DNA of 64,000 nt from Lingula anatina (GCA_051362555.1 CM120641.1:30696401-30760400), one strand, 5' to 3'. Shown: positions 26,892 through 40,787, counted from the first letter of the stretch. Notes: generated from the letters alone by a model not told the origin. Made by a program: numbers and translations.

Positions 26892-29534
26892 TTATTGTAC
26901 CACCAGCGTAGGCGCTGGCGGTACACATGGTTTTAGTCCCGACCCGTATGTTCCGCCGGCTCCTGCGGCTCCTGCGGCTCCTGCGGCTCCGCCGCCAAGT
27001 CACCGTTACCGCTTCTCCTCCTAGACGGTAAGGGCCTCCATACCCATCTCTTGGATTTAGGTCACCTATAATCTCAACTCGTTCCACGTAAAATTTGGGC
27101 TTTGTCGGTATTGGGGTCTAGGTGTGGCACTCATTGCAATGCACCCTTGTCCAAAAATGGCAAAATTAAATGCTAATTATCTCCCCTACAGAAGGAATTA
27201 TGGGAAAAATTTCTACAGACAGCTTTCCAAAAGTCATATGTGTAGATTTCAAATATGCCCTTGGATTTGACCTTTGACCTTTATTTTAAGGTCAAACGGG
27301 CCAAAATTTTCAAAAAAACAAAATTTTTGCCGAAAAAAAAATTATTTGCGGTCTTATTCAGACACCACACAGACTTAACTAATAATATTAATGGAAAGTG
27401 TTACCCTTCAGGTCATCTTTCATCTCCGTGAATTTGGGGTCAATCGGTGCATTTTCACGGGAGTAGCGGCCATAAGATATCGAAACTGAAAACTGTCTCT
27501 AATTCGGGAACCGTTAATGCTAGACACCCATTCTTTTTTGCATTTTGTAGAGCATGTAAAGCCCAACACTGGAGGTGGTCTCCGTTTTTTTGTATTCCAT
27601 ACGGTTTTCGAGTTACGCTGTATCAAAAAGTACATATTGGTGGTGAAAGCAAAATGTGCAGTACGGTAATGGATAATAAATTTTGAACTTCGGAAAAATA
27701 AAACATAAGGCTTGGCAAAGCAGACAACTTGTGGTCAAAAATGACATTATTTCAACAAATTTGAACATCTGGAACTTCAGAGCACCTCCCATTTCAAGAA
27801 TTTTGACCAAAATGACCTTTTCTTTATTTTAATTAATTTTTTTTGTAGGAAATTTATGGCACATTATGGTAACTCCAAAATTATAACATTTAGTCCCTTA
27901 TATCTCCAAAACTGGCAGAGATAGGTCCATAGTTACTATTGAACTTGAATAGGAAGTCATATACTGGCAATCTAAATGTGACCTTAAAATTGACCTTTGA
28001 CCTACTTTTCACCATGAACTGAACTTTGCAAATTTTGCTTCCCATTTATCTCCAAAACTTGCAGAGATAGGTCCATAGTTACTATTGAAGTTGAATAGGA
28101 AGTCATATACTGGCAATCTAAATGTGACCTTAAAATTGACCTTTGACCTACTTTTCACCATGAACTGAACTTTGCAAATTTTGCTTCCCTTTTATCTCCA
28201 AAACTGGCAGAGATAGGTCCATAGTTACTATTGAAGTTGAATAGGAAGTCATATACTGGCAATCTAAATGTGACCTTAAAATTGACCTTTGACCTACTTT
28301 TCACCATGAACTGAACTTTGCAAATTTTGCTTCCCTTTTATCTCCAAAACTGGCAGAGATAGGTCCATAGTTACTATTGAAGTTGAATAGGAAGTCATAT
28401 ACTGGCAATCTAAATGTGACCTTAAAATTGACCTTTGACCTACTTTACACCATGAACTGAATTTTGCAAATTTTGATTCCCTTTTATCTCCAAAACTGGC
28501 AGAGATAGGTCCATAGTTACTATTGAAGTTGAATAGGAAGTCATATACTGGCAATCCAAATGTGACCTTAAAATTGACCTTTGACCTTCTTTTCACCAAA
28601 AACTGAACTTTGCAAATTTTGCTTCCCTTTTATCTCCAAAACTGGCAGAGATAGGTCCATAGTTACTATTGAAGTTGAATAGGAAGTCATATACTGGCAA
28701 TCCAAATGTGACCTTAAAATTGACCTTTGACCTTCTTTTCACCAAGAACTGAACTTTGCAAATTTTGCTTCCCTTTTATCTCCAAAACTGGCAGAGATAG
28801 GTCCATAGTTACTATTGAAGTTGAATAGGAAGACATATACTGGCAATCTAAATGTGACCTTAAAATTGACCTTTGACCTACTTTTCACCATGAACTGAAC
28901 TTTGCAAATTTTGATTCCCTTTTATCTCCAAAACTGGCAGAGATAGGTCCATAGTCTCTATTGAAGTTGAATAGGAAGTCATATACTGGCAATCTTAAAG
29001 TGACCTTAAAATTGACCTTTGACCTACTTTTCACCATGAACTGAACTTTGCATAGTTTGCTTCCCCTTTATCTCCAAAACTGGCAGAGATAGGTCCATAG
29101 TTACTATTGAACGTGAATAGGAAGTCATATACTGGCAATCTAAGTGTGACCTTGAAATTGACCTTTGACCTACTTATTATCATGAACTGAACTCTGCTAA
29201 TTTCTTTCTCTTTTAACTCCAAACCTGGCAGAGATAGGCCCATAGTTACTATTGAAGTTGAATAGGAAGTCATATACTGGCAATTTACTGTGACCTTGGA
29301 ATTGACATTTGACCTACCTTGCGATGAACTTAACTTTGATTGTACCATTTTTAGTAACATATATATTTTTTGCATATTTTGAAAATTCTTGTTGATTGCA
29401 TTTTTACAGCTTGTCAAGCACAAGACTGGTGGCTGTGTTCCTTATTTTGTATATGTGGGGGTCTATATGAATGCGCTTGCTCCAGCTGGTGGTACAATAT
29501 TCGGAGGCGGTATCGCCTCTCTGATCCTCTAGTT
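26892..29534 (+). mobile_element. Complete non-autonomous Helentron-like element, family B, copy 1
   Basis: 5' subTIR attgtaccaccagc with adjacent IR gctggcggtac; 9-bp microsatellite (ggctcctgc)n; 146-bp core array; 3' subTIR gctggtggtacaat (29485-29498); hairpin gaggcggtatcgcctc; CTAG end; T-rich flanks. Confidence 0.85.
27901..29340 (+). repeat. 146-bp tandem core array (about 10 highly homogeneous units) inside family B copy 1
   Basis: tatctccaaaact at 27901, 28047, 28193 and onward; period 146. Confidence 0.97.
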
Positions 29535-30856
29535 TCTTGAGGTGTGTGAAACGTTCATCTTATTTACCGTGATTCGTGAAGCACCCCATTCACCCGACTT
29601 GTGAATGCAATTGTTTATTCTCCGCCCTTTGTGAAACGAAGACATTATACCCGGTGATACTTGATTTTCAGGATATTTTTAAAATGCCTACTATCAGTGA
29701 GATAATAATACACTGTGATTTGTGTATTGATGATATAGCTTCCCGCGTACTGTGGTCATCACCCTCCCCAATTGGACTTTCAAGATTGGGCCTGAATTAA
29801 AACATATCAGTTTACTTGGGATCACAGCAAAATAATATACAAATATATGTTCAAATATAAGAAGTACTGATCTCATTGTAATAACAATATATATAAAAAC
29901 AGTAAGTAAAAATCAATCACCGTAAAGGAGATATATTAACATTTTTCATGTAGAATACCGTGATATTATCTAATCTACAACTGTGGACTCAAATCGTCCT
30001 TGCGTGTAAATTATTTTCCACACATCAATTTCAGCACTACTTTAGCCTGGCAGACCCCCGCGTCAGATATTTCTGCCGTTGCCCCTTTCAACACCTTCCC
30101 CTTGTTCAGTGCTTCTATCGCCCTTTCCTTTTTTCCAGTGCGGTGTCCTTCTTAACGGTCTCTGTGAAGATAAAACGAAATGATATCAAAATATAATGTG
30201 TAATAACGTATTAAACATAACTGGGTAAAGGGAACAGCATGTCTGACTAAAAAAAATCAGAGAAAGTATCAGGATTGAGAATTACAAGAATGCATGTACC
30301 ACTACAACATGGAGAATGTAATAAAAATCAAAGACTTGGTAATTTATCAACACACATTGAGAATCAATTATCAAAAATGAAAACAAATTAATATTATGAA
30401 AATAACTAAAGGAATAAAACCACTTACTGTCTTCATCCTCTCGTTTTCCTGTACATTTACTATGTTCTCTGTCTCCGTGGCTTTCTTCACACCACACATC
30501 ATCCTCCCCTTTGTAGTTGCGATTTAATATTCGTTATTTGGGGGTGGTCGGCTCATGTCTTAGTTAAACTAACTCTTATCATAATAACACGATGCAGGAC
30601 TGGGCCCTGGGGACGTGTGTTTTGACAGCACCCCGATTAAAAGCTTTGAGATTGCTTTTGGGACGTAAGAGTTTAGATTGAAGTATAAAAGTCCCTTAGA
30701 TGCGCTATCACGTGTTTGTGAAGAGATGACAACGGTGATAGAACGTGTCCATCTTATAATTCTGATTCGAATTATGTTAGATAACTATTTATTGCCGTAT
30801 TCAATATTATCGGCTGTTGTTTCACTTCGGTATGATGTGAGAGAGGTGTCTCGCCT

Positions 30857-31290
30857 CTGTATGTGTTTGATCTGAAGGGCCGACTGTACGAGATACGCAC
30901 AGTGCGGCGGGGGAAACGAAAAAAGGGGGGGGGTTGGACTGGTTGCAGAAAGCGCTTTTCGGTCAACAAGTGACCTTCATCAGCTGCAGAGTCCTGAAAA
31001 AAAGGGGGGGACTGTGCTTAAACAAAGAAGTGAGAAACCAAAACACTTGGTTTAAGCCTTCATCACCGCGGTTGGAGAGAGGTTACATAAAAGATTAAGT
31101 AGCTTATTGGCCACCATGCTGCTTGTTATACTGACCTCAGCTCATGAGTCATCTTTCGACCATCTTGTTTCAATGGTACTGCATGTGAAAACTGTGTTTA
31201 TTACTGGTAGCAATCCCCATACAAATACAACCGAATCCGGCTGTCATCTAAAGCAGGCCTGTCCTTCTCTGTCAAAGCCCAGAACTTATA
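30857..31290 (+). pseudogene. Decayed ORF remnant with DEDD-like motif order
   Basis: LYVFDLKGRLYEI at 30857; KEVRNQNTWF.../LHHRGW.../GYI at 31021-31090 (frameshifted); NTTESGCHLKQACPSL in ORF 31107-31310. Confidence 0.35.
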
Positions 31291-32444
31291 AACAAAATAG
31301 CCGTTTTTGACTTGCGGCGATTTACTTATTTTCATGTGAAAAATGAATTTCTATGGAGAAATCAGTATATTGCGATATGATACATTTTCATTATCAGAAA
31401 CCGTGTAAAAGTGACACATGATGCACGTTTAATGTGCAGTGGTTCTTCACTTACGTGGTTTAACCACCCCCTTCTCTTCGTCACCCACTGTGAGCAAGAT
31501 ATCATCATCAATAGAAAAGTACTCCTGTTATATACGTATTACGGCACATCATACTAATAATGTTTGCTATATATCAACATATTTATCGCTGCTTAACCTT
31601 GCAAAATAACAATGGTCTTATAGTTATTCAGTTTTTCAAGCAAGGTTTTTTATGACAGCTAGTTTAGAATTAATGGTTTACTAATGGTTCTAGACACGGT
31701 CTATTGAGCGAAATCTTATCGCGGGATGTACTACGATCAGTTGTGGGGCAATACTTATTCAACAAATAAAAAAAATGTTCTCATTCATCTCCAGTCAACA
31801 TTGGTATTACAGTATTTTTGTTTTCGTCTTTTAGCTGGATGAAATATTGAAGGTGACCGTGAAGTACATTGTTGTTAGTCGGGCTTTGTTAAAACTTCCC
31901 CGGCCACCAGCGCATAGAGTGACACATCTTTATCCTTTTTTGTTTGTTCTCCGCTCAGTGTTGATTAAATATTAGAACGTTTAACGGTCACCCGCTGGTT
32001 CTTCCAACTCCCTTATTAATTAAAGATTGGTTGCACCACTACACACGCTGATTCAATGCATAAGCACTACATCTTGTCCATCAGTGTAATAGACTTAAGA
32101 TCTATTTAAACTGCCGCTGTCTAAATCGCGATCGTCAAAGGAATCTTTATTAATACACCTTATTAATTGAAAATATAAAAATTAAAAATACACTGACTGT
32201 GTATTATGATTTCAGTGAAATGATTTTTACTCCGCAGACACCTTAAAACGTATCCTATAAAACCCAGATTGTAAGTGCAAGTGTGATTAACAATTTCTAT
32301 AGTACAAGCGACAAGTTAAATGCTAGTCAGTTATGTGTCCGCTAATTGACTTGCATTGCTGCAACCAGAGTTGCATTATTCAAGGCCGCAGCCAAACTTT
32401 TAATAATCAAACAGCATGGCCTTTGACCAAGTCTTATTCATTAT

Positions 32445-34932
32445 AATTAGTACCACCAGCGTGTACGCTGGCGGTACTCATGGTTTTAGTCCCGACCCGT
32501 CTCGTACAGCTCCGCCGGCTCCTGAGGCTCCTGCGGCTCCGCCGGCTCCTGCGGCTCCGCCGGCTCATGCGGCTCCTGCGGCTCCGCAGGATGGCGTGGG
32601 ATACAAGTCACCGTTACCGCTTCTCCTCCTAGACCGCAAGGACCTGTGTCCCCATCTCTTGGATTTTGGTCACATATAATCTCAACTTGAACCCCCTGGG
32701 TTTTTTGTCTCAGTCGGTGCATTGGCCTGGGCGTGGCGCTCGTTGTAACGCACCCTTGTCAAAATTTTTGAAAATTCAATGCTAAATATCTCCCATACCG
32801 AAGGAATTATGTGAAAAATTTCTACAGAGCGCTAACCGAAAGTCATATGTGGAGATTTCAAATATGCCCTTGGATTTGACCTTTGACCTTTATTTCAAGG
32901 TCAAACGGGCCAAAATTTTCTAAAAATGGGAATTTTTTGCAAAAAAAATTATTATTTTTTCAGAAACTTCACAGGTCTAACTTATGATATTATGGACAAG
33001 TGTTACCCTTAGGATCTTCTTTCATATTCATGAGTTTGGGATCAATCGGTGCATTTTCACGGGAGTAGCGGCCATTAGATGCCAAAACTGAAAACTCTCT
33101 CAAATTCTGGAACTGTTAATGCCAGAGACCTCTTGTTTTTTGCATTTTGTAGAGCTTGTCAAGCACAACGCTGCAGGTGGTGTCTGTTTTTTCTTTTCGA
33201 TACGGCTTAGGCATTGTACTATATTGACAGTTCAACATCCAATATTTAGTGGTGAAAATAAAATGTTAAATACTACAAAATTAGCAGAGATACGCCCATA
33301 GTTACTATTGAACTTGAATAGGAAGTCATATACTTGTTATCTAACTGTGACCTTGAAATTGACCTTTAACCTACTTTTCATGATGAACTGCACTTTGCAA
33401 GTTTTCTGATTTTTATATCTCCAAAACTGGCAAAGATATGCCCATAGTTACTGTTGAACTTGAATAGGAAGTGATATACTGGCAAGCTAACTGTGATCCT
33501 GAAATTGACCTCTGACCTACTTTACACCATGAACTGAACTTTGCAAATTTTCTAGCCCTTATATCTCTTAAACTGGCAGAGATACGCCATTAGTTACTAT
33601 TGAACTTCAATAGGAAGTCATATACTGGCAATCTAACCGTGACCTTGAAATTGACCTCTGACCTACTTTACACAATGAACTGAACTTTGCAAATTTTGGT
33701 TCCCTTTTCTCTCTAAAACTGGCAGAGATATGTCCATAGTTACTATTGAAGTTGAATAGGAAGTCACATACTGGCAATTTACTGTGACCTTAAAATTGAC
33801 CTTTAACCTACTTTTTACCATGAACTGAACTTTGCAAAATTTTGCTCCCTTTTATCTCCAAAACTGGCAGAGATAGGTCCATAGTTACTATTGAACTTGA
33901 ATAGGAAGTCATATACTGGCAATCTAGGAGTGACCTTTAAATTGACCTTTGACCTACTTTTCATCATGAATTGAACTTTGCAAAATTTGGTTCCCTTTTA
34001 TTTCCAAAACTGGCAGAGATAGGTCTATAGTTACTACTGAAGTTGAATAGGAAGTCACATACTGGCAATTTATCTGTGTCCTTGAAATTGACCTTTGACC
34101 TACTTTACACCATAAACTGAACTTTGCAACTTTTTTAATGCTTATACTTTCAAAACTGGCAAAGATATGCCCATAGTTACTATTGAACTTGAATAGGAAG
34201 TCATATACTGGCAATTTACTGTGACCTTAAAATTAACCTTTGACCTACTTTTTACCATGAACTGAACTTTGCAAATTTCCATTCCCTTTTATCTCCAAAA
34301 CTGGCAGAGAAAGGTCCATAGTTACTGTTGAACTTGAATAGGAAGTATGCACTGGCAATCTAACTGTGACCTTGAAATTGACTTTTGACCTAATTTTTAT
34401 GATGAACTGCTTTTTGCATGTTTTTTGGCCTTTAAATCTGCAAAACTTGAAAAGAAATGCCCATGGTTACTATTGAACTTGAATAGAAATTCATATACTA
34501 TGATGTTGAAATTGACTTTGACCTACTTTTTCACCATGAACTGAGCTTTGCATATTTTCTTGCTCCTCATATCTTCAAAACTAGCAGAGATGTGCCCGGT
34601 GTTGCCCCTAGGTTTTCTCTTTTGTCAGCATATATGCACCACTGACAACACGCTTTAAGGAATAGGCCTTTTGTCTAGAGAATCACAGGAGTGATCAATG
34701 GTAGGAAAATGCAGGTCAGTTAAAAAATCTGCTTGATTGTACCATTTTTATTTATATTTTTTGGCATATTTTGAGAACTCTTGTTGATTGCATTTTATAG
34801 AACTTGTCAAGCACAAGACTGGTGATGGTGTCCCTTTTTTTTTTTTTTGGGGGGGGGGGTCCATACGAATGCGCTTACTCCAGCTGGTGGTACAATATCT
34901 GGAGGCGGTATCGCCTCTCTGATCCTCTAGTT
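32445..34932 (+). mobile_element. Complete Helentron-like element, family B, copy 2
   Basis: Same termini as copy 1 (agtaccaccagc...gctggtggtacaat...gaggcggtatcgcctc...ctag). Longer 9-bp microsatellite at 32510-32588. About 9 diverged 146-bp cores at 33280-34600. Confidence 0.85.
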
Positions 34933-35554
34933 CATTGCAATTTTATGGAAATAATGACCATGCTTTAAATATAGACTTTGATATCGCTTCCAAACAATCT
35001 GTATTAATTTAAAATGGTTTTTGAGATGACTGTGAATTGGACTGGATTTGATAGATCAAATACAACTTTTAGGGATAAATCAGCAAAGAGAAATGATGAA
35101 TAACAAAATATGATAAGCCCTCGGGGGAAGCTTCCTCAGGAGAGATGTTCTTATGATCGGGATGATCACGCCTTTCGACAGTATATACATGTAGCGCACC
35201 TAAGATAATAAAATGAAATTTTCAAAAGAATTAACAATATAAATCTTTCAGTTCTATTGAAATCTCATGTTCTTAAATGTCAGTCAAAATCCAATAACGA
35301 CCGTCACATAATACCAAGGCAGGACCCCTGCGGAAAAACGTTGTTCAGTCACGTAGAAAGACGAACGAGATTACGCCTGTTGAAAGGCCGTGTAAAAGAG
35401 AAAGGGGTATTCCTGCGTGGAAAAACGTCATTCAGTCGCGCGTTGAAAAGGCCAGCTTGCACTGTTCCGACGTCATTCCGCGGAGGCTGAAAAATGGGAA
35501 AGATTTGTTTTTGTGCTGTGGTAAAGACATGGTAAAAATTAAAATTGAAAGTAA

Positions 35555-36733
35555 GGTAGATCGGTTGTTACATGTTCTAACGTTCGAATTTTTCAATTTT
35601 TTTTTATGTAAAGAGGCATCCAAGTACATTTAAATTTAGTAGAAAAAAATTATGGTCACCGGCCAAATAAGAGAACTACGCTAAGTTGAAGTGCATTACA
35701 CCCTGCGTGACGCACTAGTCCCCATTCAAACCAATGGGAAAATGGTTTTTTTTTCACTAAAAAAGTTTTTATCATTTTCTAACGTTCGAATTTTTTATCT
35801 TTTTATTTTTTGGTTTGCGTAGAGAGACATCCATGTACATATAATCTGTCAATATGTTTAACAGTTGAAGTGAGTATACCAGCTATTTTCAGATTTGTCA
35901 TACTGATGCAAAGGTGTAAGCCATTAAATTTACAACAGATTTATTAAAGAGGGAAATACGTCATGCATGAGAAAATAGTTTATTGACGTTGTTATTTATT
36001 CATGTAATGAATATAACATGAATGTGACATCGTAAACACTGTGTTGTCAAGTAAAATGAAGCGTCTGATACAAAGTATCAAACGCAACATTCCATGCTTG
36101 CTTGCAATGCCTTTAGTACACTTTGTTTACACCATCTATGTTTACAATGCCAAGTCGAGGTCAGAAATGCATAATTTTATGAATAATATTACGCAGTTTC
36201 AATTTTGATTAGTGAATTTTCTTCAAGCTGTATGGTTATTCTCTGATCATTTGAAGACACTACGAAATATTTCTCATGGGAAAATCATTTAAAGCTTTCC
36301 AAGTACAAGTAAGTGACGTCACGATGCACTTCGATTTTCGTCGAACGTTCTACCTGAGAATATATGCAACCGCTTTGATTGTAATTTACAAGACTTATTC
36401 TTTACATAATGTAGAACCTACGTACAGAATTTGTTGGCTTTAGCTGTCGTACTTCTACAGTGCCCATTCAAATTTGAAAATGATCTATTTCGATTTCTTG
36501 AAGGCCAAGTCTATAAATGCTCTACAGTTGTTGTATAGAATCATTGTCGGCAAATGTTGTCGAAAACCTATATCGATCGTACTGAGTTAAAGACAAGTTG
36601 ATAATGTTTGTTTATCTTTTAGATAATTGTTTTATTTCCATAAATTGATAAAACAGACTGAAATGTCGTTAGAAATGATTGACGATGCGCTGAAATTGCA
36701 CAAGTCGTCAAATTATGTAACGACCGATCTACC
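35555..36733. mobile_element. Kolobok-like non-autonomous DNA transposon
   Basis: 19-bp TIR ggtagatcggt(t/c)gttacat with 1 mismatch; flanks gtaa / ttaa (TTAA-type target); subterminal direct repeat ttctaacgttcgaattttt at 35575 and 35777. Confidence 0.7.
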
Positions 36734-37520
36734 TTAAAATTGATATAGGCTCTAGTCAAATATTGTTGTTCTATATACGTTTAAAAAATGAATATCACTC
36801 TAAATCCATTCCATTTTAATTTTGGATAATAAGCCTGTAAATTGCAGTTCTATATTGAGTTTGGGTGAGATACATAAGTATAAGTTATGCTCCTGTTAAA
36901 AACACTATTTATTTTGGGGTCCTACTATTTAGCGGAATCAAAAAAAAAAAAAAAAAAAAATGAATGGAATCAACAATAATTACCTATTTATGTAACATTT
37001 TAAAGCTTGTTTCAATTAGAATACCACTTCTAAATTCATCTGATGCTTGTTACGCTGCAAAAATGATATTTTGTGTTAGTTTGAAATCAAAAATAGATGC
37101 GACTTGAGTTGACACAGATACTGATATGCTTGTCACATCGGGATATCTAGGTCAACTCACAAAATTCAGTTCATTTCACACAAAAAATTGCTCTCTGTGC
37201 AACTTATATTGTTCTCATCATTAATATTTTCATGCAATTTAGAAACTGTCAGTGTTAATGCCAACATACATGATGCCAAAATTATCAGACACATCTCATT
37301 GTTTTCATTTATCCATGTCTTTTCCTTTTTAAAACTGTGCTTCCATACTTAAAACTTGAATATAAACCATACATGCATAATTTCATCCCAACAAGCAAGA
37401 ATACATATGTTGTACCCAGGTCAACACTGTCCTTAGACCTGTAATTTCACTACAATGAAATGTTTTATATAATAACTAATGAATACATTTTTTAAGGTAT
37501 GTCTTCTTTGTTCATTTCAG

Positions 37521-37746
37521 ATACAATCAAGCATGGATGTGGAGAAACAGTTGACTCTGATTGCTGTTTCCTCCTCTGACGATGGGGATTTCCTCTTTCT
37601 AACTGAAGAGTTAGAGGGGGAAACAGCAATGAGTAAATAAATTGCTGAGGGACTCTTCTTAATAACAAGCGCGGAGGGTATAACAAGTGAATTGCCCATG
37701 GCAATACATTATGCCTCAATTAGTGAGGACAAGATCGTCAAAGCAG
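37521..37746 (+). pseudogene. Candidate exon with a single premature stop
   Basis: Acceptor ttcatttcag| and donor cag|gtaaag; IQSSMDVEKQLTLIAVSSSDDGDFLFLTEELEGETAMSK*IAEGLFLITSAEGITSELPMAIHYASISEDKIVKA. Confidence 0.55.
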
Positions 37747-37967
37747 GTAAAGATGGGACATGTTTCCATTTTATCCAATTATTACAGTTTCAAAACTATT
37801 ATCAAAATACAAAATGTAAGTTATATATTTATATACAAAGTAAATTACATCAGTTACTCTACTGTTCCTTTTGGAGTATAGTACAATGCTTTCTCAGTAT
37901 GTATGTAATAATTAAATGTTCATAAGCCCTTCATGCATCTGATTGTTGCTTTTTTTTTAATCTACAG

Positions 37968-38004
37968 AACTCTACTTCCCAACTGAAACTGAAATTTCCT
38001 AATG
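37968..38004 (+). other. Candidate 37-nt exon
   Basis: Acceptor ttttttaatctacag| and consensus donor atg|gtaagt. Confidence 0.45.
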
Positions 38005-38588
38005 GTAAGTTTCTTTTTTATCATCCTAAATTTTAAAAACAAAACTATCATAGTACTTATTCTTTTTTTATTTATTTTTATTTTTGCACAAATTTGGTTT
38101 TCTTTGCCACACACCTGCCAAACCATATTTTTGTTTTACTATCAATTTAATAAGTAGATTTGTTTGGTAAAGAAACAGGTTGCTTGCTAAAATCACCATG
38201 ATCAGTTAACATTTACAGTGGATATTATTTTTATATCATTTTTTTCACACATTAACATTTTTAGTGGCTTACATATCCCATAAAACTGGATCACTTGCTA
38301 CTTTAATGTCCAATGTAAAAAAAGTAAGATGGTAAAATGATTAAGTAACAAAACATCAAAGTAAACCTTAACATTATTTGGTGCTCTTTTTGCTGTCATG
38401 TTTCAACATTTGTCAGTTTTGCTGGTTTGTTTCCTGTATGGTGTCTGTGTATTTGTCAGCTTTGCTGTCTAGTTTTCTAAATTACTATTAGTCATCCATT
38501 TTCTCCTATTATTGCACTTTTGTTCACTTTTATGAAATGATACATATTATATTGCAAAATATATATATTTATAACTGTCATATTTTAG

Positions 38589-38729
38589 ATAGATGATGAA
38601 GGCAAGGACATTTTCATCGTATCAGAGAGAGTAGTTGTTCAAGAAGAAATGTGTCTTTTCACAACTAACTTATTGGATGACATGAAGATGGAGAAAAGCA
38701 TAGCTAAATTGTTATTTGATACCATATAA
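38589..38729 (+). other. Candidate terminal coding exon remnant
   Basis: Acceptor atattttag|; IDDEGKDIFIVSERVVVQEEMCLFTTNLLDDMKMEKSIAKLLFDTI*. Confidence 0.4.
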
Positions 38730-40730
38730 AAGTTAGTACGGTACATACATGTACTTATATTTACATGTATCATCCTGACCTACCCTAATTCCTCATGCTC
38801 CTCATCAGTAATAGAGTAAACCAGCAATGCCATCACAGTTTGGAAATTAAATGGACTATGAAGAAATAAACTAGTGTATTTAACGTCTCTAAACATAAAG
38901 AATTTGATGGCACATAGTTTAAAATAGTTCTGTTCAGAAGGTTTGTGTAAACATGTTAAATTTCAAGATCAGTACTAGTGCTACTAATTTCATGCATCAA
39001 GTTATGAACAATTTGATGTATTGCAGTTGTAAAATAGGGTAAGTTTTAGCCAGTTTGGAGACTGAATATGAGTAGATTTTTTTATTAATAGAATCTTTAT
39101 TTAGTGCTATTTTGTAATTTTACATTCAATAAAGTAACTTCATTAAGATTTCCAGTATAAATTCTTAATAATACAGTAAAGATGGCCAGCTACATCTGTG
39201 TTAAACTAAGGTATTTAATTGGTGCAAATAGTTGTTTATTTATTTTCTAGTCAGTTAAAGAGTGTTATAAAAATGTGTCACAATTTGGATATAATAGGCC
39301 CATGAAGAAAATATGTTTTCTGTTTAAAACATTTAAAATTAAAGAATTGATGGCACATAGCTTGTTAAAATTGTTCTGTTGGAAGTTTAGTGTAAACATG
39401 TTTTCTAATTTCCAGCATGATTTTTTTAACAATACAGTAAAGATCATCATCTTCATCTGTGGGTTAGACCAATGTCTTAAATTGGTGCAAAAATTGTTGA
39501 TTTCTTTCCTTCTTAAGAGTTTTGTAAGAAGTTTCAGGTCTTTTGTTTGTCTCATTGTTTATGTAGTATCGTAAGTGAATAAAACGTGTGTCACCTACAT
39601 CTGTCCATATCATCATCATTCAGCACTTTCATTGATAACATGTTAAGTGGGAAACTGTTTTACCTTTTGTCTTTAAGCTTGCAAAAAACGGTGAATATTC
39701 ATAAAATACCGGACAACATCAAAAGTCAGTTTCATCACGTTATTTTTGTTAAAGATAGGCATTTCTTGTGAAATATTTCATTTTCCACATATTAAAGGAG
39801 TTACTTTATATGCCTGAAGACCTTTGCTTGTCACATTTTCTAAATATCTATCTTGATTTATTGAATTTATACAATTTTTTTGTGAAGTTTTCATTTTTCT
39901 CATACTGGCATTTTCTAAGTGTGAACTTGAACTCTCATGGGCCTGAAGCCTTATAAACCGCTTTATTTTTTGGCTTGAAACTTACAGAACTGACGAATAT
40001 ACATAATACGCAGGTCAAGTTAAAAAATCAGCATGATCAGGCCACTTGTGTAGAAGTTATGCTGTTTTTTTTTCACTTTTCAGCATATATGCAACACTGT
40101 AAACACATTTCAAGGAAAACCGATGGGCCTGTTATCATTAAACTCACAGGATTGGTCAATCTTACTAAAATCAAGGTTGTGTTCGAAAATCAGCATAATC
40201 ATGCCATTATTTTATGTTATGCTGTTTTTTCACATTTCCTCAGATTCAATTCTTAGGCAAGTAAATAGCCTTATTATTTAACCAATAAGTTAGGTAAAAG
40301 TGTTTGTTTGATATTTCCTGCATCTTTACAACATTGTTAGTTGATTATGTAAAAATAATGGTAAACTTAATATCGTGTATTGTGTAATAAAGTTTCAAAA
40401 ATGGAAATAAACTCATATTATTGCAGTTTGTCAAATTCAATCATTCACTATGTTCAGAATCTCAGAATGGAGGAAATTGGACATTTAACACTGTTCTATT
40501 GATATTTTTCCTATCATCAATTTTCCTAGTTAATGGAATATTTTTGTTATTTTTCCTAGTTTTTTTAATTTTTCATTTTTCAAAGTGGTATTTTCAAGAT
40601 GTGACTTATCATTACCATTCACCGATCTAGAGCCCTGTACTGTTACTTTGTAACATTTTCTGTATTTTTTAACTCATAAGAATGATTCTTAGGATTGACA
40701 TACAGCCCAAATTAGAAAAACAGCTCTATT

Positions 40731-40734
<4 letters not shown>

Positions 40735-40783
<49 letters not shown>
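40735..40783. repeat. (TA)n microsatellite
   Basis: About 24 TA units. Confidence 0.95.

Positions 40784-40787
<4 letters not shown>

Noticed and set aside
32416-32722. Pro/Ala- or EPQ-repeat proteins
   Set aside because: These are translations of the 9-bp microsatellite of the family B element.
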